Shown here: positions 39,000 to 49,632 of the stretch, piece by piece
Layout: every line of letters starts with the position of its first letter
How positions within the stretch are numbered: position 1 is the stretch's first letter
Assembly (NCBI GenBank): GCA_044229845.1
Contig: JBGASG010000007.1
Span: forward strand, 160,001-224,000
Length of the DNA: 64,000 nt
Source of the DNA: Candidatus Obscuribacteraceae bacterium
GTDB taxonomy: Bacteria; Cyanobacteriota; Vampirovibrionia; Obscuribacterales; Obscuribacteraceae
Direction of reading: 5' to 3'
The notes under the pieces: model-generated
What the model was told of the DNA's origin: nothing
What the model saw: the letters and a program-made list of their open reading frames with translations, nothing else
Databases searched by the model: none
Program-made: the position numbers and the translations under genes

Positions 39000-40940
39000 T
39001 TAAGCTCTACCGAAGCGGTTGTGCTGAAGCGCCTCCTGGTAAGCACGCTCCGCAAATGCTGCACGAGTCAGCTTGTCACCAGCTTTTGACGGTGCAGGCT
39101 TCCCCGTGACGCGGCGCAAAATTGCGTCGGCTTCAGCAGGATCGATCAGAGATTCTGGTTGAAAGTCCAGCGCATCTCCACGGGCAGACCACAGTCCCGT
39201 CTGCGAAAGAAACTGAATCGCGGCGAACTGCGGGTGCGTGACGGGAACATCGGCAAACCAGAAGATCGGAGCGCCGACAGCCAGCAATTGGTTCTGGACG
39301 GTGCGCAGTTTCTTTCTATTTTTCAAAACCTGCTCGGGTGTAGTTAGGTGTTGCAAGCAGTATGCTGCGACGATACCGGCGGCTTCTCCGATTGCCCACT
39401 CGACCGGATGCAATCGATAGGCACCGTTGGTGACGTGCGTCGTGCCGATGTTTTTGCAGGCCGGCAGGAAGTTGGTCACCGGGCGCTGAATCATCGACGC
39501 GAGTGGAATCTGAAATGGTCTGGCGGGCTGTGCAGCGCCCGGCACATCCTGGTGTCCGTGGATATCAATCGGATAGTGTCCGATGCCGATCGAGTCTACG
39601 GCATGTTTTGCTCGCGCATCACCGGTGGTGGCAACGGACTGGTCGGCGCCGTGGTCGACACTCTTTCCACCCACCACATCCTCTTCTTTGATGGTGGAGA
39701 GAGCCTTTATCCGTCTTGATTCGCGGATATACGGATATTTCGAAAGCCCGTCGGTGGTGCCGAGCAGATCCGGGCGCAACCTCATTTCAGGATAGCCTTC
39801 CCCGCCGTCGTCGCGCGGTGCCTTGGTTTGCAACCAGTAAAGGAAACCGAGACTCAATGCCTTGCCGAGAGCCAGTCTGCGTGCCATGTCCTGGTTGGTC
39901 TGGTCGATGATGTTTTCGCCGCGCAGATCATGCGCTTCCCAATTGATCATCGATATGTCGTGAGGCCATTTGTTGCCGGTGAATTTGGCTGCGGCGATCA
40001 AACGCCTGTAACTCCAGAAGGGCAGCTTGCCGGCATGGTTCTCGAACATCTTAAAGCCGAGCAGCGAGAACTTGCCTGCCCGCTGGAACTCTTCGTAATG
40101 GGGTGGTTGTGGAATCAGATTTTCCGCTTTGCTATCCGGGCTCCACTCCAGGATGAAGGGATAGGTGAAGTCCTGAACGTTCTCTGGGTTGGCAGTTTGC
40201 GGTGCATGCGCTTCACCTGTTTCCTGGCGGGATTCGGCGCCGCTTGCATAAGCAACAGAAAGCAGAGGCAACAAGTCTCCCAGCTCAGTTGCGTCGATCA
40301 GGAAACGGCAGCGCAACTCAGTGAACTTGCCGGTATCGAGATTGACGACCAGAACTGCAGTGGCGCGGCGCCCTTTGAGTTTGGCTTCCAGCACCTTTGC
40401 TCGGGGCAGGATGGTAATTTTTCCTTTTGGCGCGTGCCGCTCGATTAGTTTTGTCAGCGCCTCCAGTCCCACATCAGCTTCAAAGGAGAGCCGGCTCACC
40501 CAGCAATCGCCGGCATTGAGCAGCTCCGCCGCCGGTCCGGTTTTTTCTTTGAGAAACTGCCGGTAAAAGCCTCGCAGTTCTTCGCGCAATTCCAGATACA
40601 ACTGCGTGCCACCACTGGTCTCTATCCACGGATTCTCGTCCGGTGCGGAGACACCTTGCGCGGTCATCTGCCCGCCCAGCCAATCGGTTTCTTCCGCGAT
40701 AGCCACGGTCAGCCCGGCTTGCGCTGCTCTGATCGCTGCTGCGACGCCGCCCATGCCACCGCCGGCGACGACGATTTGGAAGTTTCTGACCTTAGGCTTT
40801 CTGGTTAGCGAAAACTTTTTGATTCCGGCCGCCGGGTCTGCGGCGTTGACATTCTGAACATCTACCACTTCGAAGATGCGCGTGCCGTCGCGCTCGACCT
40901 GGGCTGCGCAAGAGCGTGTCGTTTCTTTGAGGATGGGCAT
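39000..40940 (-). CDS. FAD-dependent oxidoreductase with C-terminal SLH-like segment
   Basis: VVAGGGMGG, LGGQMTAQG, IDATELGDL and PYIRESRR motifs; FADVP...TRA. Confidence 0.88.
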   Translation of the reverse strand: MPILKETTRSCAAQVERDGTRIFEVVDVQNVNAADPAAGIKKFSLTRKPKVRNFQIVVAGGGMGGVAAAIRAAQAGLTVAIAEETDWLGGQMTAQGVSAPDENPWIETSGGTQLYLELREELRGFYRQFLKEKTGPAAELLNAGDCWVSRLSFEADVGLEALTKLIERHAPKGKITILPRAKVLEAKLKGRRATAVLVVNLDTGKFTELRCRFLIDATELGDLLPLLSVAYASGAESRQETGEAHAPQTANPENVQDFTYPFILEWSPDSKAENLIPQPPHYEEFQRAGKFSLLGFKMFENHAGKLPFWSYRRLIAAAKFTGNKWPHDISMINWEAHDLRGENIIDQTNQDMARRLALGKALSLGFLYWLQTKAPRDDGGEGYPEMRLRPDLLGTTDGLSKYPYIRESRRIKALSTIKEEDVVGGKSVDHGADQSVATTGDARAKHAVDSIGIGHYPIDIHGHQDVPGAAQPARPFQIPLASMIQRPVTNFLPACKNIGTTHVTNGAYRLHPVEWAIGEAAGIVAAYCLQHLTTPEQVLKNRKKLRTVQNQLLAVGAPIFWFADVPVTHPQFAAIQFLSQTGLWSARGDALDFQPESLIDPAEADAILRRVTGKPAPSKAGDKLTRAAFAERAYQEALQHNRFGRA

Positions 40941-41099
40941 GGTTTTGAATCGGTTAGAGTTTCAGTCAGGCACGCCAATACTACTAAAGTTGAAGCGAAA
41001 TTGCTGATACAATGCGCGAGCCGTGCAGGCTCCCTGCCTGTCAACAGTCAGCTTTCAATCCGCGGTCCCGGTACTGTCGGCTCATATAAGGAATGTGAT

Positions 41100-41693
41100 A
41101 TGCAAGCCACTCTGGCTCCTGAGAAGACATCCGCACTCAAAGTCAGCGACGATGTCATCAAGCGCGCCGCCAAAATTCGTCTCGTGTTGATGGATGTCGA
41201 CGGCGTGATGACGGACGGCAAACTTTTCTATCATCCCGGTGCCGACGGCGTCATGTACGAGACCAAGGGCTTCAATTCTCATGACGGCATCGGATTGCAT
41301 CTGGCTTACGCCGCCGGCATCGCCACCGGTTTGATCAGCGGACGCACATCACCCGGCACCGTGGAGCGCGCTCGCATCTTGAACATGAAGTATGTTTATC
41401 AGGGTCTTCTAGCCAAGGAAGAAACCTACGAGGATGTTCTGAAAGACGCCGGACTGCAAGCGGAGCAGACCGCCTTCATCGGTGATGATTTCACCGATTG
41501 CCGGCTGATGATGAGGTCGGGGCTGGGCGTGGCTGTTGCAAACGCGCGCAGTGAAGTTCGCCAGGTGGCGCATTATGTCACCACTGCCCGTGGTGGCGAG
41601 GGGGCCGTCCGCGAAGTCATGGAAGTGATCTTCCAGGCGCAAGGGCTCTGGCCCGACATGCTAGCCAAGTACGGGTTGGAATCAGCTTTGTAG
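41100..41693 (+). CDS. kdsC: KDO 8-phosphate phosphatase (HAD family)
   Basis: MDVDGVMTDG, ISGR, FIGDD and GGEGAVRE motifs. Confidence 0.9.
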   Translation: MQATLAPEKTSALKVSDDVIKRAAKIRLVLMDVDGVMTDGKLFYHPGADGVMYETKGFNSHDGIGLHLAYAAGIATGLISGRTSPGTVERARILNMKYVYQGLLAKEETYEDVLKDAGLQAEQTAFIGDDFTDCRLMMRSGLGVAVANARSEVRQVAHYVTTARGGEGAVREVMEVIFQAQGLWPDMLAKYGLESAL

Positions 41694-41712
41694 TTCGGTT
41701 GCAGTTTCTGGT

Positions 41713-43917
41713 TCAGGCGGCTTTGGCGAGCGTGATGGCGACGGCGTGCTCGGGAGTGTCCGTGAGCAGGCGGCCTTGCACCGAAGCGATTTGCGAATTG
41801 GGAATGCCTTTGCTCTCGGCCAGTTGAGCGGCGTAGGCGGGAGCGACTGCGGCGCTGCGCACTTCGCTGATTCTGCCGAGCGCGGAGATCAGTTGCGCCG
41901 CGAAAATGGGATTGCCGGCGGCGGCTGACAGCAAGCCGGAGATGGAAGTGAAGGCATTGTCCAGGTCGGCGATGTCGGACATGCGCACTGTGCGGCTGAG
42001 CACTTTGCCGTAAATGGAGTCGGCGTTTTTGGTGGCGGCTTGAATCTGGCTCTGGGCTTTTTCGAGGGTGAAGCCGGCGCCTGACGATCCGCTCACCGAA
42101 GATTCGAAATGCGCCGAAGCGTGCCAGTTGCCCGAGGTGACATTGCCGTTGGCGTCGATGTGTGTTTGTTTGTCGAAGTCGGCAGAACCGTCGGCTCTCA
42201 GGGTCGGGCCCTTGCCGTGGTCCATGGTGATGGTGCCTTGCTCGTCAATCTTGGTACCGGTGACGGTGTTTTCGATTGTTTCGGGCGTCATCTTGAACTC
42301 GGGAGTAACCAGAGTCTTGCCGTCCCAGGTGGTGTGTCCCAGTGCCGGATCTTCAATGGCCAGCTTGTCGCCGTCGATCGTGGTGGTGCCGTTGGCGGTG
42401 GTGACTTTGGGAGCGTTCGGATTGTCGCGGTTGACTTCGGCTTGTGTGGTGCCGTCGGCTGCTTTCACAATCAAGTTGCCGCTGGCGAACATCTGGATGC
42501 CTTTGATGGTGACGTTGCCGGTGGCTTCGTCGATGTTGGACTGGTCCATGTCTTCCAGTTGCTTGGTGAATTTCACCCAGGCTTCTTTGGCGGCATCATC
42601 GGCTTCGACGAACTGGCCGTCGACCATGACCAGCAGCTTGCCGGCGGAAGTGAGCAAGAAGACTTTGTCATCATCGCCGTCTTTGCGAGTGCGGAAGATA
42701 ACGTTGCCGTCGTTGAGTTTTTCAACACGCAGGCGCTTGGTGATGGCGATCGTCATGTCGCCTGCGACCATCATGGAGAGGGCGTTGGCCGGACCTTTGT
42801 CGACTTCATCTTCCATCTTGCGGGCGGCATCTTGGATCGCGACAGTCGGTTCCAGGATGTGCAGGATGGTGTTGTTTTCGAGGTGCTCGGTAATGCCTTC
42901 GCGTGTCATTTCTCTGAGCAGTCTGCCGGTGGCTTGATCGAACACCTTGAGAGTGCCCGACTCACTGCCTCTGTACACTTTGCCTTCTTTGGTCAAGAAC
43001 GTGCCTTGAGCATCTTTGCCCCAGGTGCCTTGCGGGCTTTCGACTTTGGAAACGCCGCCTTCGACGGTGGCTGTTTCGCCGTTGTGGTTGGCTACGGTCT
43101 TGCCTTTTTCGGCAGTGATATCTGAGGTGGTGCCGTCTTTGTTCTTGCGAATGACAGTGACTTTACCGTCGACAACTTTGACTTCAACCGTTCTGCCTTC
43201 TTCGTCAATATAGGTATGGTCTTTGACTTGATCGGTGGCATTGGCGTCGGTGCCGGAGGTTCTTTGTACTGGCGCATCGGCTTTGCCGCTGAGGATGTCC
43301 CACTCGTTCTGCGTCAATTTGACTGTTTCTTTCGGGGCCTGGCAGGAGCCGCCTTCGCCGTTCGGGTAGGGGCTGGAGAAAACCAGACAGCCATCTGCAT
43401 CGACGGGATTGGCTGCCGGCGTGGCGGGCTTGTCGGTCGGCAAAGTGGAGGTGGTGCCGCCGTTTTTCGTTTCATAGGCATGCAGTGCGGCGTAGACGGC
43501 GTCACCGGAATTTCCGTTGCCGGCGGCCAGACCTTTGCCTTCTACTTTAGTAAAGCTGAACGAACCGTCCATGCTCTTGTAGGTCGCGTAGCCAATGCCG
43601 ACGATCGGGTTGACTGCGGCAAGAGCCAGAACATCAATGTTCTGGACGACGGTTTTGGCGGCCACTTTCAACGAGTCGGGAACGTAGGCGCCGACAGCAG
43701 TGGTGATGGAGGTGGCGGTCGGAAGAACGTCTTTGGTGAAGATGTTGGTCGCTGTGTTGACCAGCGCATCTTTTGTAGAGACGGCAATGTCTTTGGCGGT
43801 GGTCAGAGCTTCCGTAGCCATTTTGACGGGAGCGCTTTCCGTTACGGCATCTGCGACGGCGTTGAAGCCTTCGACCGCTTTATCCTTCAGGTTAGTAACG
43901 AAGTCGCCGAATCCCAT
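41713..43917 (-). CDS. large Thr/Gly/Asp-rich hypothetical protein
   Basis: 734-aa ORF with helical termini and a beta-hairpin-like core. Confidence 0.8.
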   Translation of the reverse strand: MGFGDFVTNLKDKAVEGFNAVADAVTESAPVKMATEALTTAKDIAVSTKDALVNTATNIFTKDVLPTATSITTAVGAYVPDSLKVAAKTVVQNIDVLALAAVNPIVGIGYATYKSMDGSFSFTKVEGKGLAAGNGNSGDAVYAALHAYETKNGGTTSTLPTDKPATPAANPVDADGCLVFSSPYPNGEGGSCQAPKETVKLTQNEWDILSGKADAPVQRTSGTDANATDQVKDHTYIDEEGRTVEVKVVDGKVTVIRKNKDGTTSDITAEKGKTVANHNGETATVEGGVSKVESPQGTWGKDAQGTFLTKEGKVYRGSESGTLKVFDQATGRLLREMTREGITEHLENNTILHILEPTVAIQDAARKMEDEVDKGPANALSMMVAGDMTIAITKRLRVEKLNDGNVIFRTRKDGDDDKVFLLTSAGKLLVMVDGQFVEADDAAKEAWVKFTKQLEDMDQSNIDEATGNVTIKGIQMFASGNLIVKAADGTTQAEVNRDNPNAPKVTTANGTTTIDGDKLAIEDPALGHTTWDGKTLVTPEFKMTPETIENTVTGTKIDEQGTITMDHGKGPTLRADGSADFDKQTHIDANGNVTSGNWHASAHFESSVSGSSGAGFTLEKAQSQIQAATKNADSIYGKVLSRTVRMSDIADLDNAFTSISGLLSAAAGNPIFAAQLISALGRISEVRSAAVAPAYAAQLAESKGIPNSQIASVQGRLLTDTPEHAVAITLAKAA

Positions 43918-44240
43918 GATTCAAAAAAACCGCTTAGTGCTTTGCCCCAGGTGTGTGTATCCTCGGACCTGCGGAATTGGACACCTCTTGATAACAAAAA
44001 CAGCTTAAAGACCTGTTAAATAGCACCCAAAATTGCCGGCAAACTGAGGCACTCCAACCACCAGCCTGCCCTCACCGCTGGAGTGGACAAGAACTCGAAA
44101 GGCTATCCAGGAACTCGTTTCGCGTTGCTGGCTGGAGGCAGAGAACGGCTCCGAATGATTTAAATGTCGCCATGTGTAGAAGTCTGCTGTATAAGGGATC
44201 CAGTTTGTAGAATATATTTATTAGCGGAATTTCATCAAAG

Positions 44241-45356
44241 ATGAGTACCAGATCAAAAGGCGAATCGGCAGAGCCGGCATCCGACGAAGGGAAATACCCC
44301 GGGCGTTGGTGGCACGAGGTTGCCGACGACAAGATATTCTGCGACCTTTGTCCGCGTGCCTGTGTGCTGAAAGATGGCGACCGCGGTTTTTGCTTTGTGC
44401 GCAAGAACGAAGGCGGGCGGATGGTTCTCACCACTTATGGCAAAAGCACCGGGTTTTGCATCGATCCCATCGAGAAGAAACCGCTCAATCACTTCTTGCC
44501 GGGCTCCAGCGTCCTCTCGTTTGGCACTGCCGGTTGCAACCTGGGCTGCCAGTTCTGTCAGAACTGGTCGATCAGCAAGTCACGCGAGATCGAGCTGCTC
44601 AGCGAACAGGCGACGCCCGAAGACATTGCCGCGGCGGCTGTGCGCATGGGATGCAAAAGCGTAGCATTCACCTACAACGACCCGGTTATCTGGGCTGAGT
44701 ATGCCATCGACACAGCCAAAGCCTGCCACGAGCGCGGAGTGAAGGCGGTGGCGGTGACCGCTGGTTACATCATGCCGGAGGCGCGCCGCGAATTTTATTC
44801 GGTTATGGACGCGGCCAATGTCGATTTGAAGGCTTTCACGCAAGAGTTCTACAAGCATCTGACGCTTTCTGCGCTGGAGCCTGTGCTCGACACTCTCAAG
44901 TGGCTCAAGCAAGAAACCGATGTCTGGTTCGAGATAACCAACTTGATGATTCCGCAAGCCAACGACTCCGAGGACGAAATCGCCCGTATGTGCGATTGGA
45001 TTTTGAACAACCTGGGGACCGATGTGCCTTTGCATTTCACCGCCTTCCATCCGGATTTTCGTCTTCAGGACCGACCGGCAACACCGGCGCAAACGCTTTT
45101 GCGAGCCCGCAAACAGGCGCTGGATGCCGGACTCAAGTATGTCTATTCCGGCAACATTCACGATCCGCGGACGCAGGCAACCTATTGTGCCGGGTGCGGC
45201 CAGTGTTTGATTGCGCGTGACTGGTTCCAGTTGGGCGAGTACAATCTCACAGGTAGCCATTGCCGCTTCTGCAATATGGAACTGCCTGGACGGTTCGAAG
45301 AAGCAGGCAAGGGAGACTGGGGACGCAAACGCATTCCGGTAACCTTCAAAACATGA
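44241..45356 (+). CDS. amrS: AmmeMemoRadiSam system radical SAM enzyme
   Basis: CDLCPRAC, DPIEKKPL, GCNLGCQFCQNW and AFTYNDP motifs. Confidence 0.92.
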   Translation: MSTRSKGESAEPASDEGKYPGRWWHEVADDKIFCDLCPRACVLKDGDRGFCFVRKNEGGRMVLTTYGKSTGFCIDPIEKKPLNHFLPGSSVLSFGTAGCNLGCQFCQNWSISKSREIELLSEQATPEDIAAAAVRMGCKSVAFTYNDPVIWAEYAIDTAKACHERGVKAVAVTAGYIMPEARREFYSVMDAANVDLKAFTQEFYKHLTLSALEPVLDTLKWLKQETDVWFEITNLMIPQANDSEDEIARMCDWILNNLGTDVPLHFTAFHPDFRLQDRPATPAQTLLRARKQALDAGLKYVYSGNIHDPRTQATYCAGCGQCLIARDWFQLGEYNLTGSHCRFCNMELPGRFEEAGKGDWGRKRIPVTFKT

Positions 45357-45544
45357 TTGGTATAGCCGTCGATCGACTTCTGATGCTCCTTGTCGGGGTC
45401 ACATTTCTGGGCGGCGGTCTGTGGATCGCAAAAAGCGCGCTCGATTCGAAGAACCTCATGGAGACATCAATCTTCGGACTGATGGTCGTGGCCACCGGGC
45501 TCTTCTTAATCGTGGCCGCCATTGCCGGGCCGCCGGACCAATAG
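45353..45544 (+). CDS. small 2-TM membrane protein (63 aa)
   Basis: ATGA overlap with the amrS stop; two hydrophobic segments. Confidence 0.65.
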   Translation: MIGIAVDRLLMLLVGVTFLGGGLWIAKSALDSKNLMETSIFGLMVVATGLFLIVAAIAGPPDQ

Positions 45545-45936
45545 CCCAACTTATGCGCCGTACCAAAAAGCCGGCGCTATTGTGATACCACATACGGTGT
45601 GAAGCGACGAGATTTGGCTTTTCTGCAATTGCGGCACGCTGATAGGGCAGCCGCATTAGCTGAGCGCCGTCTCAGCTTGGCACTGCGTAAATCCACAGTT
45701 AATCAGTGTGCGTCAATGCCTGCAAAACGGATTAGACACGACCCATAATCGAATCATGCTCACTGATACAGCCAAGGGGCAACAGATTACGCGCAGCGGG
45801 GAACAGCGCGGATCCAGCCAGCCCCCGATCCTCCTCGGGGGCTGAGTCTGGACGAAGTTTCCAAAATGTAGAGACGCCCTTCAGATGCTATATTACGCGG
45901 AAAATTACGCGCAATTTGTCTGTCGGAGGCGTAGAG

Positions 45937-46683
45937 ATGCAAGGTTCAAATCGCGGGACTGGTCTGTTTTTGGTTTCCGCACTGGCGCTGTCCTTCGCGC
46001 TAGCGGCGCTGCCGCTTCCCGTCAACGCTGCAGAAACTCCGGATGCGGCGGCCAACCTGGGCTCCGGACGGGCAGGTTTCTGGACCAAGGGCACGCAAGG
46101 GTCGCCTTCTCTGAAACAGGCCGAGAAGAAACTGGCGCAAAATCCCAAAGATGCAGTCGCCAACAACGACCTGGGTTGGGCATATCGTCAGTCCGGCGAT
46201 CTGGACAAAGCAATTAAGTATCTGCAAGAAGCTATCAAGCTCAAAGAAGATCTGGCTCAGGCTCACAGCAACTTGAGCGTGGCCTACTTTGATAAGAAAC
46301 AAACGGCTGAAGCGCTTACCGAAGCTCGGCGCGCGGTCGCGCTCGACCCCAAGAACGCAGTCTATCTACTCGTATTGGGCAATGCGCTGGATCAAAACGG
46401 TGAAACCAACGATGCCATCGAGTCATACAAAGCGGCATTGAAATTGCGTCCCGATTACGAGAACGCGCTTTATCATCTGGGACGGATTCTGACGTCGCAG
46501 GGCAATACCAGCGAAGCCAGCATGATCCTGGCGGAAGCGCTGAAGCTGGACCCGGACGATGAGCGTGTCATGGCTTTGCTTGACCCGATGGTGGCAGAGG
46601 GCGCCGGTGGCGCCGGCACCGCCGACGGTGGCAAGAAAAAGAGCAAATCCTCCGCTTCGTCGTCTACCAAGAAAGAGCAGTAA
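45937..46683 (+). CDS. secreted TPR-repeat protein
   Basis: Signal peptide; NDLGWAY, SNLSVAY and YHLGRIL TPR helices. Confidence 0.88.
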   Translation: MQGSNRGTGLFLVSALALSFALAALPLPVNAAETPDAAANLGSGRAGFWTKGTQGSPSLKQAEKKLAQNPKDAVANNDLGWAYRQSGDLDKAIKYLQEAIKLKEDLAQAHSNLSVAYFDKKQTAEALTEARRAVALDPKNAVYLLVLGNALDQNGETNDAIESYKAALKLRPDYENALYHLGRILTSQGNTSEASMILAEALKLDPDDERVMALLDPMVAEGAGGAGTADGGKKKSKSSASSSTKKEQ

Positions 46684-47356
46684 TGCGGTTGTAATTCAAC
46701 TGAGGAACGACGACAAATTCGCCGTCGCCCAGTTCGCGCCGGTTTACTGTTTCGATTTCCAGATTGGGCAATTTTGGTTTCTGACGATTGCTCTCATGCT
46801 CGCTGACCAGGTGTTGCGTGCGGGCGATGAACTGGTTTCTTTCTTCATCTTGCATGACCAGTGCGCCTGAGATTAAGGCTTCGGCAGCGGTGCGCGCCTC
46901 ATTGATGCAGGTGGCGGCTCGCATCGCTACTTCGCTGGAGCCGTGAATGAGAAAGGACGCCAGGTTTTGAACAGTCTTCTCCAGCTGGGCATTGGCCAGC
47001 GGAATGGTACCGGCCAGTCCCTGGAAGGCTGTCGCGCAAAGCCGGTTGCGGTCTGCCTCAACAGCGCCGCTGTCAGCGCCGTTGCCTGACTGAATCGCCA
47101 GCGGTGGTGCGATGTCTTTGTTGCGAGCCGCAGTCATCTTCTGCAGCTCCTTGAGCACCGTCTCGAAGTTGGACGCCGTCAAACGAATCAGATCTTGCTG
47201 TAAGACCTTGGCTTGATCGGTAGACTTTTCTTTCTCCGAAGACTCTTCACTTTGATCTGTTTTAGGTTTTGATCCTGTTGCAGAAGTGTCTTTTGATTTC
47301 TCTGTATCTGCTGCGGAAGAGAGAGACTTTTCGGCGGCAGCGCTCGCTTCGGACAT
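46664..47356 (-). CDS. hypothetical protein
   Basis: 230-aa ORF with GGAGG upstream; low-complexity N-terminus. Confidence 0.65.
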   Translation of the reverse strand: MSEASAAAEKSLSSAADTEKSKDTSATGSKPKTDQSEESSEKEKSTDQAKVLQQDLIRLTASNFETVLKELQKMTAARNKDIAPPLAIQSGNGADSGAVEADRNRLCATAFQGLAGTIPLANAQLEKTVQNLASFLIHGSSEVAMRAATCINEARTAAEALISGALVMQDEERNQFIARTQHLVSEHESNRQKPKLPNLEIETVNRRELGDGEFVVVPQLNYNRITALSW

Positions 47357-47603
47357 GCGCGGAGACCTCCACAGTGTGGTGGCCAGCCCCTGTATCGAAC
47401 CCCTGGGCTAATTATTAATTCGTGCGCGCGTAGCGTCAATCATAGAACCACGTATGAGTGCGGCATTCAGAGTTAGCGCCAACCTGTGATAGCGGCGATC
47501 GGTTTCGTAATTCCACGCTATGCAATTTCCGCACGGTGCTTAGAATCACATTAAGCCCACGTGAAAACTCATAGAGCATCCCCGCTCGAGAAGGCATTGA
47601 CTC

Positions 47604-48824
47604 ATGTCGTTGCAGTTCGAAAGCGCAGCCGCAATAGCAGCTGGCGAAAGACCTCTGGACAATCCCAAACTGCGTTTGACGCAGGCAGCCGAGACTGCAG
47701 CTAATGAGACATTTTTCGACCACGTCTACAATTTCGGCAAGAACGCCGTTACCAACCCGAGCAGCGCTGAAGCCGGCATTGCTCTGATCACCGGGACCGC
47801 CATCGTCGGCAGCATTCTCGCTTACCGCCAGCGCCTGGCCGGAATGGCTGTGAAAGAGCTTGCCGGAGGCGTATTGCCCGAAGCCTCGACGCTGATGCCC
47901 GGACTGACGACGCGCCGCTTTATGTCGGAAGGTGTGGCGCGGGAGTACTCGGTGTATGTGCCCAGCACCATCAAGGGGCTGGGAAAAAGTGAAACGTCAC
48001 CGGTGCTCATGGCTCTGGATGGGTTGACCGTGCGTAACCCGGCCGGCAGCATGGGCACTGTCAATGGATTGAATGCATTAGCCGAGAAAGAGGGATTCAT
48101 CGCTGTCTATCCCAGACCGCAAACGCGCATTCTCGGGCAGATATCAGCGTGGAACCCTGGACTTTTGAATCCCAATGCAGCTTACAGCGATTCGAAGTAT
48201 CTGCTAGGTGTGTTGGATGATCTGGGCAAGACGGGCTTGCCAATTGATTCCAGGCAGGTGTACGGTGCCACTTTCTCAGAGGGCGCCATAGCTCTTAATC
48301 AGGCGGCGCAATCGGGTCGCTTTGCCGGAGTGTTCAACATGTCGGGAACGATGCTGAAGAGCGAAGCACCGGCGGTCGGCGTCAAGCAGAACATCGTCGT
48401 GCGCGGCGAACTGGATCCGACACTGCCGGCTATTGGCGGAGCTGGTCCCAACAGCAGCATTCTGACGCGGTTGGGTCACAATCGCATTCTGGAATCGGAG
48501 CCTGCCCAGCATGCGTGGCGCCTGGCTGAAGCCAATGGATTCAAGGGCGCTCCAAAAGTGATCGAACACCCTTACCTCCGGGAGACGATCTATCCTGGCG
48601 CTCAGACGGCAACTGGTGCCGAGGTCAAAGAATACGTGATCAAAGCGCCGTATGGCGGGCACTCCTGGGCGGGTCGGGCAGCCGGGGACGGCACTGAATC
48701 TGCGGTTTCCGGGCGCAACGGGCCGCTCACTCCGGGTTCGGTTTTCGACGCTAATTCCAAAATCGCTGAAATGATTCGGCAGGGCAAGCTGGCTATCGAG
48801 CGCGATCTGCGGCCATTGCGGTGA
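47604..48824 (+). CDS. alpha/beta hydrolase (LpqC/PHB-depolymerase-like) with N-terminal extension
   Basis: REYSVYVP, LAEKEGFIAVYP, WN, FSEG elbow, GELDP and GGHSW motifs. Confidence 0.8.
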   Translation: MSLQFESAAAIAAGERPLDNPKLRLTQAAETAANETFFDHVYNFGKNAVTNPSSAEAGIALITGTAIVGSILAYRQRLAGMAVKELAGGVLPEASTLMPGLTTRRFMSEGVAREYSVYVPSTIKGLGKSETSPVLMALDGLTVRNPAGSMGTVNGLNALAEKEGFIAVYPRPQTRILGQISAWNPGLLNPNAAYSDSKYLLGVLDDLGKTGLPIDSRQVYGATFSEGAIALNQAAQSGRFAGVFNMSGTMLKSEAPAVGVKQNIVVRGELDPTLPAIGGAGPNSSILTRLGHNRILESEPAQHAWRLAEANGFKGAPKVIEHPYLRETIYPGAQTATGAEVKEYVIKAPYGGHSWAGRAAGDGTESAVSGRNGPLTPGSVFDANSKIAEMIRQGKLAIERDLRPLR

Positions 48825-48854
48825 AACTGAGCGGTATCGCCCGTGATGGCAATG

Positions 48855-48880
48855 AAAAAGGCTGCCGGAAGGCAGCCTTT
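48855..48880. terminator. terminator hairpin between convergent genes
   Basis: AAAGGCTGCC-GGAA-GGCAGCCTTT with flanking A/T runs. Confidence 0.75.
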
Positions 48881-48907
48881 GGCGGATGGGACACTTTATA
48901 TAATTGA

Positions 48908-49174
48908 TCAGTGGGCGCGGCCGGGAATCACTTCCTCGCGCACATAGAATTGTTCGAACTCGTCCAGCCATTGCGTCGGCACTTGCACAGAGTCGCGTCT
49001 TTCTAAAAGAGCCAGTTCTTTTAGATCCCAGAGGTAGCTGAAGCGTCCCCAGTAGGTCTGCGCTTGCGGACGAACGCGCAGTACGTCATAGAGCTTATTC
49101 AACTTATCCCGCAGAAGTTCGGTCTTGACGGTCATCAAATCAATGCTGCGCACAGCAGTATTAGCGAAGCTCAC
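48908..49174 (-). CDS. small hypothetical protein
   Basis: 88-aa ORF; GGAG upstream; followed by a terminator. Confidence 0.65.
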   Translation of the reverse strand: MSFANTAVRSIDLMTVKTELLRDKLNKLYDVLRVRPQAQTYWGRFSYLWDLKELALLERRDSVQVPTQWLDEFEQFYVREEVIPGRAH

Positions 49175-49458
49175 GGGTGTGTCTCCCTGGAGAAGATATC
49201 CTTGTGCTTCTTATATTCCCGCTCTCCTGCTCAGCTAAAACATAAAATTTAGTTTTCAAGAGGGAAGCGATTCCGTCCCTGTGCCGCGCCACCACAGGTG
49301 GTGCATGGCCGCGAGCGGGCAAGAGCGCCGCCGGCATGCTTTGCGAGCGGAGGGCTAGGTTCTGGGGGCAGGGAAATAGGACTTATATCAACATAAGTGG
49401 GCGCACCGGAGGCGCGCCCTTCATGCATTCCGAATTTTGAGGCGAAATCTGTTGATTT

Positions 49459-49632
49459 CTAGGAACGCCGTTTACGTGCGGCTTCCGCTTTGCGTTTGCG
49501 CTTGACGCTGGGCTTCTCGTAGCGCTCACGGCGCTTGATCTCGGACAAGATGCCAGCCTTTTGGATTTTTTTCTTGAAACGCTTGAGCGCGGCTTCGATG
49601 CTCTCGCCTTCTGCTACTCTGACCTCGGACAA
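49459..49632 (-). CDS. rpsU: 30S ribosomal protein bS21
   Basis: [13 protein letters not shown]...[14 protein letters not shown] start after GGAGG. Confidence 0.96.
   Translation of the reverse strand: MSEVRVAEGESIEAALKRFKKKIQKAGILSEIKRRERYEKPSVKRKRKAEAARKRRS

Noticed and set aside
42068..44019. Long + strand ORFs (289, 338 and 267 aa), and similar antisense ORFs over EF-G2, the helicase, murA and the kinase
   Set aside because: Shadow frames of codon-biased genes on the opposite strand.
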